Assembly: GCA_040755335.1 (NCBI GenBank) | Contig: JBFMAU010000003.1 | Location: forward strand, 1-51,330 | From: Acidobacteriota bacterium | GTDB taxonomy: Bacteria; Acidobacteriota; Blastocatellia; UBA7656 | Direction of reading: 5' to 3' | DNA: 51,330 bases | Shown: piece after piece, positions 18,416 to 27,345 of the stretch | Numbering within the stretch: the stretch's first letter is position 1 | How the letters are laid out: the number at the start of each line of letters is the position of its first letter | The notes under the pieces: model-generated | Seen by the model: only the letters and a program-made list of their open reading frames with translations | The model's database searches: none | What the model was told of the DNA's origin: nothing | Position numbers and translations under genes: made by a program

Positions 18416-19627
18416 TCACTCCGTTGCTTCCATCCCGTAGTGCCTCAGCCACCAGTCGCGCAGCAAATTGCATGAAAATTCGTAACGCCGCAATTGTGAA
18501 TCGAAGCGTATGTAGAAATCGTTTTCAAGATTGGTCATAAGGCCGTTGAAGTTTTCTATGTCGGCTTCGCGTCCGACCTTCTCGCGATAAAACTGATAGC
18601 AGGCATCCATTGTGAGAGAGCCGACTGAAGCAAGCTCGCGCAGTATGCGTTTAGCCGCGCTCTCTTCGTTGGGCTGATAGTAATCGCGCAATCGCCCGTA
18701 GTAGTGATCGAAGTATGTCTTGCAATCCACGCCCAGCACTCTCTCGCGATATATCTGCTCGATCTTTTTCGGCGTCACAGGCTCGCCGTCCTGCGCGTGA
18801 GCTTTGGAGATTTCCGAAAAGAGTATCTGAATGAAGTAAGGAACCGGCGTGCCGATGAGGTTGAGTATCTTTCGCTTGCACGGCTGCGAGAGCAAAAACT
18901 TTTTCCCGTGATTGAGAGCGTCGAGGAACGAGGCAGCCGTCTTCATCGGGAAAGGATCGAGGCGCAACTGCTCGAAGTCGTTTATCGAAGATATCTCGCC
19001 GAGCCGGTTGAGGACGTGTCCGATTCCGATTGAACCGGCGATGAGGAATCGGACATTTCGCGCATCGGGCGCGACTCTGAGCGCCCGCAGCCATCGAAGC
19101 ATCGTCTTCGCTTCGTCGCGTCGATCTTCCAATCGGGCCATTCGGTCAATCATCATCGGGAACTCGTCGAGTATGAAAATGATCGTCTGCTCGCTCTCGC
19201 CTATTCGCCTGAAAAGCTCCTCGCCGCTTTCCTGCCATCGCTGACGTATTTCATTCCTGAGCTTGATCTTTGCGTTCAGCAATTCTATTTCTTCAATGTT
19301 GTCCCTGAAGCGAGACCAGATCGATTTCGGGAAATAGCTCAACTTCGATATCACCTTCGAGAATGCATCGTCCTTAGCAAGCTGTTCGATCAAACCTGTG
19401 ATCAATTCGGCAGGTTCAGTCATGTGTTCAAGGTCTGCATGAACAACTTTATAACCCCACTGCGGCGCATCGATGAGACGGTACATCACGCTCGTCTTTC
19501 CGAAACGACGCGGGGCTGCAAGTAACACATGCCCGACCTTGAGCTTTTCGGAAACAAGTTCTACGAAAGCATCGCGCCCATAAAAATCATCCCCTCTCAC
19601 CGGAGGGCCTACTCTGTTGACCAGCAT
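18416..19627 (-). CDS. P-loop ATPase (AAA/archaeal-ATPase-like, STAND-related)
   Basis: G.DFYGR, Walker A APRRFGKTS, Walker B IFILDEF, IAGS, PYFIQ, C-terminal LRDWW. GGAG RBS. Confidence 0.85.
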   Translation of the reverse strand: MLVNRVGPPVRGDDFYGRDAFVELVSEKLKVGHVLLAAPRRFGKTSVMYRLIDAPQWGYKVVHADLEHMTEPAELITGLIEQLAKDDAFSKVISKLSYFPKSIWSRFRDNIEEIELLNAKIKLRNEIRQRWQESGEELFRRIGESEQTIIFILDEFPMMIDRMARLEDRRDEAKTMLRWLRALRVAPDARNVRFLIAGSIGIGHVLNRLGEISSINDFEQLRLDPFPMKTAASFLDALNHGKKFLLSQPCKRKILNLIGTPVPYFIQILFSEISKAHAQDGEPVTPKKIEQIYRERVLGVDCKTYFDHYYGRLRDYYQPNEESAAKRILRELASVGSLTMDACYQFYREKVGREADIENFNGLMTNLENDFYIRFDSQLRRYEFSCNLLRDWWLRHYGMEATE

Positions 19628-19643
19628 TACTTCAATCTCCTTT

Positions 19644-19701
19644 TACAACAAATTCGTTGTACAACGAAACTGTTGTACAACGAATTTGTTGTATGAGTCA
19701 A
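19644..19701 (-). promoter_or_regulatory. Perfect 22-bp inverted repeat (putative operator) overlapping the promoter/leader of the ATPase pair
   Basis: TACAACAAATTCGTTGTACAAC-GAAACT-GTTGTACAACGAATTTGTTGTA (19644-19693). A minus-strand TTGACT -35-like hexamer lies at 19701-19696. Confidence 0.65.
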
Positions 19702-19766
19702 CAAGAAAATTTGGGATCATCGGGGAAAAAAGGTAAATGCTGTCAGGGCAAAGCTTAAAGGCAGGA

Positions 19767-21200
19767 TCAGGCAGGATTCAAATCCCCGACCGTGTGCAGT
19801 TTCATCGAAAGCGAAATCGTCAAGTCTTTCAACCTCCCGGCCATCACCACTACGTTTTCTCCTCTGCCTGCAAGACCTCGCTCCATCAATGCGCAGTCCG
19901 TGCGCGCAAGGAAATCTTCCGCGTCCGCGCTGCAATCCTTGAGCATGTACGGCTCGACGCCCCACGAGGCGGCTAACTGGCGATGTGTCCTCTCATTCGC
20001 AGTGAAGGCGACTATGCGCTGGGCGGGTCGGAGCGCAGCCGCGCGACGAGCTATCTGCCCGCTCTGAGTGATGACCACGATCACCGGGCTTCCGATTTCA
20101 TCCGCCGCATAAACAGCAGCCTCGGCTATCGCCCGCCCGAACGATCCCGAATGACTCCCCTTCATCGCTTCCCTCATCACCTCGCGCGCAGGCGCTCCCA
20201 TCTCTTCCGTAGCCCGTATGATCCTGTCCATCATCTCTACTGTCTCGACCGGAAATCGACCGACCGCAGTCTCGCCCGAAAGCATAACGGCGTCCGAGCC
20301 ATCAAGCACGGCGTTCGATACGTCTGAGGCTTCGGCTCTCGTAGGTCGCGGGTTTTCGATCATCGATTGAAGCATCTGCGTCGCAGTGATCGTCAGCTTT
20401 TGCGCAAGCAGAGCCTGGGACAGAATCTTTTTTTGAATCACAGGCACTAGCTCTGTCGAAGTTTCTACCGCAAGATCGCCCCGCGCGACCATAACTCCGT
20501 CCGCCGCGTCGAGTATGTTGGCGAAATCATCGACCGCTTCGGGCTTTTCTATTTTCGCTATGAGCCGCGCCGCGCCTCCCATTCGCTTTATCAAATCGCG
20601 CGCCTCAAGGCAGTCCTTCGCGCTGCGCACGAAAGATTGAGCCACGAGGTCTGCGCCTCGTTCGATTGCGAATTGCAAATCCTCGATATCTTTTTCGGTG
20701 ATCGATGGGATCGAGAGCCGCGCGCCGGGAAGATTTATCCCCTTGTGAGAGCCTAAAGGCCCGCCGTGAATGACGCGCGCCATCACTTCGTTCGCAGTCG
20801 TCCCAACGACCTGAAGTTCTATTTCGCCGTCGCTGATCAAAATACGGTCGCCTGGTCTGACTTCCTGTGAAAGCCGCGCGTAGCTTGATGAAAATCTGAG
20901 CGAGTCGCCTTCTATCTCTTCTGATGTGATGCGAACTTCCACGCCCGCTTCGAGCGCGGCGTCCGCGCGCATCTCGCCTGTGCGAATCTTTGGCCCTGAA
21001 AGATCGACCATGATGGCAACAGGTCGGTCGATCTCCGTCGAGATGCGGCGTATGCGATTGATGATTTCGCCGTGATGTTCGCGTCGCCCGTGAGACATAT
21101 TGATCCGGGCGACATCCATCCCGGCAAGCATCAAACGGCGCAACTGCTCATCGGACTGGGAAGCGGGGCCGATTGTGGCGACGATTTTCGCTCTTCGCAT
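19767..21200 (-). CDS. pyk: Pyruvate kinase
   Basis: KIVATIGP, RINMSHG, DLSGPKIR, AKIE, MVARGDL, ATQML.SM..NP.PTRAE motifs. Confidence 0.97.
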   Translation of the reverse strand: MRRAKIVATIGPASQSDEQLRRLMLAGMDVARINMSHGRREHHGEIINRIRRISTEIDRPVAIMVDLSGPKIRTGEMRADAALEAGVEVRITSEEIEGDSLRFSSSYARLSQEVRPGDRILISDGEIELQVVGTTANEVMARVIHGGPLGSHKGINLPGARLSIPSITEKDIEDLQFAIERGADLVAQSFVRSAKDCLEARDLIKRMGGAARLIAKIEKPEAVDDFANILDAADGVMVARGDLAVETSTELVPVIQKKILSQALLAQKLTITATQMLQSMIENPRPTRAEASDVSNAVLDGSDAVMLSGETAVGRFPVETVEMMDRIIRATEEMGAPAREVMREAMKGSHSGSFGRAIAEAAVYAADEIGSPVIVVITQSGQIARRAAALRPAQRIVAFTANERTHRQLAASWGVEPYMLKDCSADAEDFLARTDCALMERGLAGRGENVVVMAGRLKDLTISLSMKLHTVGDLNPA

Positions 21201-21201
21201 G

Positions 21202-23274
21202 TCATTTCCTGAGTCGAAACTCCTCCATTCGCGCAGGCATCGTGCCGGGATCGCGCCGCTCGTAATCGAACCGGGGCTGGCCGCACGATTCGCACAGCTT
21301 CAACTCGCGCATTTTTTGCAGATATTCCATGACAGCCGTCACCATCTGCGCATGGCTCCACGTCAGAGGCGAGACCGACAGCGGCGCGTCCGTGTAAGGA
21401 TTGACCTGCTCGGCAAGGACTCCCGAATCGAGCGCGTGAGCGGTGACCCACTCGATCAAACTCAATGCCTCTTTCAACTCTTCACTGCTTCGCGCTCTGG
21501 CGATGCGATACTGAGCCAGCCAAAGCGTGCAGATGAACCACGGATTGCCCGGCACGTTTTCCAGGTCGCGGCTCACCTGATGGTAGGTATCGTTTTCATA
21601 GCGAGCCAGCCCTCCCACCCCGGTCTTGACCCACAGCCTTTCCTCAATGGCTTTCATAGTCGATTCGACCATGGGATCTGCGACATCGAGGACCCCGAAA
21701 TACCATACGCCGAAGAGAGAGGCGTCTATCGTCGTGTCGTACTCAGGGTGAGAATCGGGCAGACCTTTTGCGACCTGCGGCTTCATCATTCGCGCGAAGC
21801 GGCCAAGTTCGGGGCGATAGAGATAGGTTATCAACCCCTGCTTGATTTCGTCGGCGGCTCGGATGTACTTATCCGCCAGATCGCGCTCGCCGAACAGATC
21901 GGCGAATCGAGCAGCCGCCTGAAGCCCCGCCCAAACGGTGGCGACCGTGAAGGTGTGAACGCCGTGCCGCTCTTCCCACAAGTCCCAACTCGGATGCGGC
22001 AATCCCGTGTCCTGATCGCGATAATCGACCAGGAAATTCGCCGCGCGCACGATCACCGAGTGATAAAAATCCGCGATGAATTCTATCTCCAGACGCTCGT
22101 TGTAGTACTTCCACAATCCCCAGAGTATGAGCGCCGTCTCGTCTTCCTGAATGGGGAGTTGCCGCTCGCCTCCCTTTATCCACGGATGCCACGAGCTTCC
22201 GGGCGTTCCGTCGGGCGTGTACTTGTGCAAAAAGAATCCGGCCCTGTTGATGAGGTCTTTCGTGAACGAGTAGAAGCGCCGCGTCAAGGCCGGAAAGCCC
22301 GCGATGTCCAAAGCGTAAGCCGTGAGCGCCCCGTCGCGCGGCCACATATATGAATAGGTGTCCCTATTGAAACTTTCGACATCGCCATCGTTTGCGGCCA
22401 GTATCGCTCCATTGTCATCGATGTTCGAGCGGATGATGAGCAGGCTGCGCTTGAACGCAGCGATCATTTTTTCCGGCATATCGCCGAAGTCCATCGCTCT
22501 CTTGTTGACCCATGCCTGCCAGTAATCGCGCGTGCGCCGCAGCATGACTTCAGGAGTTTTTTTGCGCACCACCTCGTTGGTCATTCGGACTTCGTGATGA
22601 GACTTGCCCGCGACTATCCAGTAAAACAAAGTCTGCTGTCCGCCTGGTTCAAGGCTCAATCTTATGCCGAGAGTCGAATCGACTGATCCCTGCGCGATTG
22701 AATTTCCCTGAAGCGATCCGTCTTCGGCATCGCGCCAGGTGCCTTCGGCTCCGTTGAAATCCTTGTTGCCCGTGGCCCATTGATCGAAGCCGTCGCGTCC
22801 CTGAGTCTGGCAGGTTATGAGGAAATATCGATTGCGCTTGTAGTGAATCAGGGCGTTCGTTGCAGGATCGAAATACGCGGTGTCGCCGATGTCGTTTTCC
22901 GATATTCGGAAATCGTGATGAAAGAAAATTCTCACCTCGCGAGGTTTGTCCGCAAGATCGCGCACGCGGAGGCGACGGAGGAAAACATTGCTGTGAAAAT
23001 CGACCGCGTCGTTTGATACTATCTCAAGCCCCAGCCTCTCGGAGCGAAGTCGGACATAAGTGACGAGAGTTTCTTTCAGGTACGAAGGCTCGCGCGTCCA
23101 GTCATCCGCAGAGACCCAGGAGAACTGGCCGTCTGCCCAAAGGCCGAATCGAAACGGCTGGCCTTCGCTTTGATTTTCGCGTCCGGGATGAGGGAAATAA
23201 AAATCGCGTATCTGATATCCGCTGTCGAAAGTGACCAGCAATATCCCGTTTCCTACTGGAATGTCTCTCGGCAT
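21202..23274 (-). CDS. Glycoside hydrolase family 15 (glucoamylase-like)
   Basis: YSYMWPRDG, IQEDET, DLWEER, LAEQ and PLTWSH motifs. Confidence 0.92.
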   Translation of the reverse strand: MPRDIPVGNGILLVTFDSGYQIRDFYFPHPGRENQSEGQPFRFGLWADGQFSWVSADDWTREPSYLKETLVTYVRLRSERLGLEIVSNDAVDFHSNVFLRRLRVRDLADKPREVRIFFHHDFRISENDIGDTAYFDPATNALIHYKRNRYFLITCQTQGRDGFDQWATGNKDFNGAEGTWRDAEDGSLQGNSIAQGSVDSTLGIRLSLEPGGQQTLFYWIVAGKSHHEVRMTNEVVRKKTPEVMLRRTRDYWQAWVNKRAMDFGDMPEKMIAAFKRSLLIIRSNIDDNGAILAANDGDVESFNRDTYSYMWPRDGALTAYALDIAGFPALTRRFYSFTKDLINRAGFFLHKYTPDGTPGSSWHPWIKGGERQLPIQEDETALILWGLWKYYNERLEIEFIADFYHSVIVRAANFLVDYRDQDTGLPHPSWDLWEERHGVHTFTVATVWAGLQAAARFADLFGERDLADKYIRAADEIKQGLITYLYRPELGRFARMMKPQVAKGLPDSHPEYDTTIDASLFGVWYFGVLDVADPMVESTMKAIEERLWVKTGVGGLARYENDTYHQVSRDLENVPGNPWFICTLWLAQYRIARARSSEELKEALSLIEWVTAHALDSGVLAEQVNPYTDAPLSVSPLTWSHAQMVTAVMEYLQKMRELKLCESCGQPRFDYERRDPGTMPARMEEFRLRK

Positions 23275-23283
23275 AGATCAAAG

Positions 23284-23892
23284 TTATGAGCCTGCAAGCG
23301 CGCGATTGATGGCGGCGTCAAGCTCTGTGGCGTGAGACGGATCATATCCCACAAAATGCGCGACGGCATGTCCCTTGCGATTGAAAACCAGGGTCTGCGG
23401 AATCGTAGTCTCCACGCGACCGAGATAAGAGACGAATATATCGTCGGTCGCAAGTCCCACGGTGTAGTTGATGCCGAACTGATCGATCATCTTTTGAATG
23501 TCTGCGGGCTGCGACCTTCCGCGATCATCTATGTGAAGCCCTATGACCTCGACTCCGCGCGACTGGCTCTCGCGGCTTATGCGCACGAGTTGAGGAATTT
23601 CTTCTCGACATGGAGGACACCACGTGGCCCAGAAATCAAGCACGACGACTTTGCCGCGAAACTCGGAAAGTCGTATCGCGCGTCCGTCTATAGTTTTGAT
23701 CTCGAAATCATCAGGCACGACTTTCTCGTCCGTCGCGGGCGTGCCGGGGAGAGCCACATTGACGTTGGTCTTTTCCTCGACTCCGCCTGTGATGAGTCTT
23801 ATGCCGATGGTGGCTATCAGGACGACGACGACGAAGGTCGCAATGATGCGACCGGGAGTCCACATCTTTTCGCTTGAGTTTTGCTCAGGCAT
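23284..23892 (-). CDS. TlpA/ResA-family membrane-anchored thiol-disulfide oxidoreductase
   Basis: N-terminal TM, DFWATWCPPC, cis-Pro motif IPQT. ATG 23892 with GGAGGG RBS preferred over 23934. Confidence 0.88.
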   Translation of the reverse strand: MPEQNSSEKMWTPGRIIATFVVVVLIATIGIRLITGGVEEKTNVNVALPGTPATDEKVVPDDFEIKTIDGRAIRLSEFRGKVVVLDFWATWCPPCREEIPQLVRISRESQSRGVEVIGLHIDDRGRSQPADIQKMIDQFGINYTVGLATDDIFVSYLGRVETTIPQTLVFNRKGHAVAHFVGYDPSHATELDAAINRALAGS

Positions 23893-24076
23893 CCGATCCC
23901 TCCGGTGATTCGATTCTCTGTTCGGCTGATTCATCTATGTCGGTCAGCGGAATGCTGACGGCGTAGCTTCCTGTAACCCAGTTGCCGAGGTCTATCATGC
24001 GGCAACGCTCTGAGCAAAACGGGCGATCAGGGTTATCTTTCCACGCGGTCGGCTTGCCGCACATAGGGCATTTCAT
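23885..24076 (-). CDS. yacG: DNA gyrase inhibitor YacG
   Basis: CPMC...RPFCSERC..IDLG.W motif. Confidence 0.92.
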   Translation of the reverse strand: MKCPMCGKPTAWKDNPDRPFCSERCRMIDLGNWVTGSYAVSIPLTDIDESAEQRIESPEGSDA

Positions 24077-24100
24077 CGCTCGTTCACCTCTTCGGAAAAG

Positions 24101-24175
24101 GTACAGTAGGCTGCCAGCCTGCTGATGCCTCGAATTTTTATGCTTTCAGGCGAACAGGCTGGCAGCCTGTTGTAC
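24101..24175. repeat. REP-like inverted pair
   Basis: GTACAGTAGGCTGCCAGCCTG ... CAGGCTGGCAGCCTGTTGTAC. Each arm is itself palindromic. Confidence 0.7.
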
Positions 24176-24278
24176 ATCCACGATTCCCATTGAAATCGAT
24201 TCAATGATACAACGAAAGAAGCGCGTTTTGCAGCGCGTGGCAGAGGGTCGCTCAAAGATGTTGTAATGGGATGTGGAG

Positions 24279-24785
24279 CTATTTGTTTTCGAGTTCGGAT
24301 ATTCTGGCTTCGTGTTGTTTGACAAGCTGCGCGATTTCGATGGCGAATCTGCGAGTTTCCTCTTCGCTTGAAACGAGCTTGCCTATGGCATCTCGAATTT
24401 CGGCGCGATCTGACTCCGCCTGCGCTTTAAGATCGCTGACCGAGTCAGCTAGCCCCCCGACCATTTCAGTCAACTGCGTCAGGTTTCTGGATGTCGTCCG
24501 CTCATTTCCCGTGATTACTTCAGTCAGTTTTATCAGGCTCTCCGAAGTCGTCTGCTCATGCGCTTCAACTGTACTGACCGAATCGGCCAGACTCGCTACG
24601 ACCTCCGTTAATTGACCAAGATATTCGTTCATTTTCTTCTGCGATTGAATGACTTCATCGATGGCAACATTCAACCGGTTTATATTTTCTCCCTGCCGAC
24701 TTACCGCCTCTTTCAACACGTCGATATCTGCGCTGAATTTGGCCTGCTGCTCAAGGATGAATTGCATGGTGTGTTCTATGTCCAT
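24279..24785 (-). CDS. Hypothetical coiled-coil protein with internal LTE(V/M)V..LADSV repeats
   Basis: Heptad pattern with repeated motifs. GGAGAAGG RBS-like motif. Confidence 0.7.
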   Translation of the reverse strand: MDIEHTMQFILEQQAKFSADIDVLKEAVSRQGENINRLNVAIDEVIQSQKKMNEYLGQLTEVVASLADSVSTVEAHEQTTSESLIKLTEVITGNERTTSRNLTQLTEMVGGLADSVSDLKAQAESDRAEIRDAIGKLVSSEEETRRFAIEIAQLVKQHEARISELENK

Positions 24786-24850
24786 AGCCTTCTCCTCATC
24801 AGCGAAAGAGTATCACAGGCCCGCCTGTCGGAAAACGGGCCTGTCAGTCT

Positions 24851-27295
24851 TCACTTCGCGGCGGGCAAGCCTTTCTTCAAATTGGCTTCGAAGAGGTTTA
24901 GTATCCGCTTGTACTCGTCGGCCCAGCTTGTCGGCTCGACGAAGCCGTGATTCTCGACCGGATAAATAGCCACCTCCCAGTTCTCCTTGCGAAGTTCTAT
25001 GAGTCGCTGCGCGAGTCGCACGGTGTCCTGAAAGTGAACATTCGTGTCGACCATCCCGTGACATATCAACAGCGCGCCTTTCAGCCCTTCGGCGAAATAA
25101 ATCGGCGATGATCGCTTGTAGGCTTCCCTGTCCGATTGAGGCACATTGAGAATGTTCGACGTGTATCCATGATTGTAGTGCGCCCAATCGGTCACGGGTC
25201 GAAGCGCGGCTCCTGCGGCGAAGACATCAGGTTGAGTGAACATCGCCATCAGAGTTATGAATCCGCCGTAGCTGCCGCCGTAGATTCCTATTCGCCTCGA
25301 ATCGACTCCGTGTTCACTGACGAGCCATCGCGCCGCATCGACCTGATCGTCAAGGTCACGCCCGCCCATGTGTCGATATATCGCAGTTCGCCAGTCTCTC
25401 CCATACCCGGCTGAAGCGCGATAATCGACATCCATCACCACGAAGCCTCGCTCCATCAGGAGGTGATGGAACATGTACTCGCGGAAATAACTCGACCACC
25501 AGCGATGCACGTTTTGCAGATAGCCCGCTCCGTGAACGAAGAGGACGGCAGGGCCGCCTCGACGGAAATTCTTAGGCTTGTAGAGTCGGGCAGGGACCAT
25601 CGCCCCATCGCGAGCCTTGAAGGTAACTATGGGCGGATCGATCCACGGGTAATTGAAAAACTCCGGCGCGGGAGACGCTGTGATTTTCGTCGCCTGCGCG
25701 TTTGCGCGGTTCTCCTGAACGTAAAGCTCAGGCGGGCGATTGCTGTAGGAATGAATCAGCGCCACCCATTTTTCATCAGGCGAAAGAAACGATTGATTGT
25801 TGCCCGCGCTTGAAGTGAGTTTCGCGCGCTCACCTCCATCGATTGACATCGAGTAGAGGTGACGCTCGCCGGGATGAACTTCGCTCGTCGTGATATAAAA
25901 TCGCTTCTTGTCTTCCGCAAGCCTAACAGTAGTGACTTCCCACTTGCCTGAAGTGAGTTGTCTGGGGTCGCCTCCTTCGTAAGCCACGGCGTAGAGATGA
26001 GAGTAGCCGTCGCGTTCGGACTGAAAATAGACGCGCTGATTATCACCAAGCCATCCCAGAGTGAATCCGCCAGGTCCGCCTATCCATGCGTCGTCGTGGT
26101 CTGAAAATATGATTCGCGTTTTTCCGGTCGCAACGTCAAGCGCCATGATCCAGCGATCCTTGTTGTCGGCGGAGCGAGCCATCAGGACGGCTTTCGCTCC
26201 GTCTTCAGACCAGACGGGTTGAAACAACTGCACTGCGCGTTGCGCCGGTTGCGCGGATTGCTGCTCGGCATCTTCGGGGTTGGTTTTTTCGCCTGCTTGT
26301 TTCTGACCGTGATCGACCCATTTAACATCGCCCGTCTGAGCATCGATTATGGCGAGCCGCGCTCGGCTCTGAGCATCGCCCACTTTAGTCCGCGAGCCTA
26401 TGTCTTCGGTGTAGGCGGATTCGGTGACATAGTTGGGAACGATGGTGTTTTTGGACGAGTCAGCAGGCTCGTTGATCGCGGCGATGATGTATGTTTCATC
26501 GGGCGAGAGTTGAAGGTTTGCGACCGCTTGTCGCCCGCTGAGGTTGAACGCCTTGCGCGGGTTTTCGCGCTTGCGGCGCTCTTCTTCCTCTTCGCGACGC
26601 TGGGCGCGACGTTTCACCGCGTCTATCAGTTCGCGCTCTTCTTTTTTGAGATACTCCTGGCTTTCGGTTCCGCGCTGCGGCCCTCGCGCGCTCGGCCCCG
26701 CAACGCCGCCCGAACGGATATCGGTTATCTGTTCGAGCCATCCCGTATCGAGCGAGAGGGCGAAGAGATTGTTTGCGCGCGTGAACGTGATGCGGCGCCC
26801 GTCGCGAGTGAAGCGCGCATTGGATTCTATGTCCGCGGTGCGCGTGACAGCGCGTCGCTTCTGCTGGGCGTGATCGTAGAGGAAGATATCGCCGTCGCTG
26901 GTGAAGAGAGTGAAGCGTTTATCTTTGGAAAGCTCGCCGAAAAGTGGAGGCGCGTTTTTAGCTTCTTCTTCGGTCAGCTTCCTGAGACCCGACCCGTCGC
27001 GATTGACCGCGTAGTTGTCAAAATCCTTGTCGCGCGGATCGCTCGTTTGTTTCCATTGAAAGTAGATTCGCTGATTATCCTGAGACCATCTTACGGCGCG
27101 CGGCTCATAGCCTGTGAGTTCCGACCCGCGCATTATGTTATCGATGGTGAGATTGAACCCTTGCTTTTCAACTGAATCGGTTTGACCGCCAGAAGTTTTG
27201 TTTTGGGAAAAGACAGGCGCGTGAAGGCCTGGGACCAGGATGAAAATTGCGAGAAACACACTTCCGGCCCTGCGCAACGCTTTGCGTCTGCTCAT
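24851..27295 (-). CDS. S9 family peptidase (dipeptidyl peptidase IV-like), exported
   Basis: Signal peptide, beta-propeller, GGSYGG nucleophile, DTNVH Asp, ENHG His. Confidence 0.93.
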   Translation of the reverse strand: MSRRKALRRAGSVFLAIFILVPGLHAPVFSQNKTSGGQTDSVEKQGFNLTIDNIMRGSELTGYEPRAVRWSQDNQRIYFQWKQTSDPRDKDFDNYAVNRDGSGLRKLTEEEAKNAPPLFGELSKDKRFTLFTSDGDIFLYDHAQQKRRAVTRTADIESNARFTRDGRRITFTRANNLFALSLDTGWLEQITDIRSGGVAGPSARGPQRGTESQEYLKKEERELIDAVKRRAQRREEEEERRKRENPRKAFNLSGRQAVANLQLSPDETYIIAAINEPADSSKNTIVPNYVTESAYTEDIGSRTKVGDAQSRARLAIIDAQTGDVKWVDHGQKQAGEKTNPEDAEQQSAQPAQRAVQLFQPVWSEDGAKAVLMARSADNKDRWIMALDVATGKTRIIFSDHDDAWIGGPGGFTLGWLGDNQRVYFQSERDGYSHLYAVAYEGGDPRQLTSGKWEVTTVRLAEDKKRFYITTSEVHPGERHLYSMSIDGGERAKLTSSAGNNQSFLSPDEKWVALIHSYSNRPPELYVQENRANAQATKITASPAPEFFNYPWIDPPIVTFKARDGAMVPARLYKPKNFRRGGPAVLFVHGAGYLQNVHRWWSSYFREYMFHHLLMERGFVVMDVDYRASAGYGRDWRTAIYRHMGGRDLDDQVDAARWLVSEHGVDSRRIGIYGGSYGGFITLMAMFTQPDVFAAGAALRPVTDWAHYNHGYTSNILNVPQSDREAYKRSSPIYFAEGLKGALLICHGMVDTNVHFQDTVRLAQRLIELRKENWEVAIYPVENHGFVEPTSWADEYKRILNLFEANLKKGLPAAK

Positions 27296-27345
27296 CGAAT
27301 CCTCCTCATTCCAGTTTGAAGTCCAGGCTATTCAGATTGCAGTCG

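Noticed and set aside
21100-22353. 417-aa plus-strand ORF (and similar long shadows at 8607, 14989, 17702, 26219)
   Set aside because: Antisense to well-supported genes; expected in GC-rich DNA.
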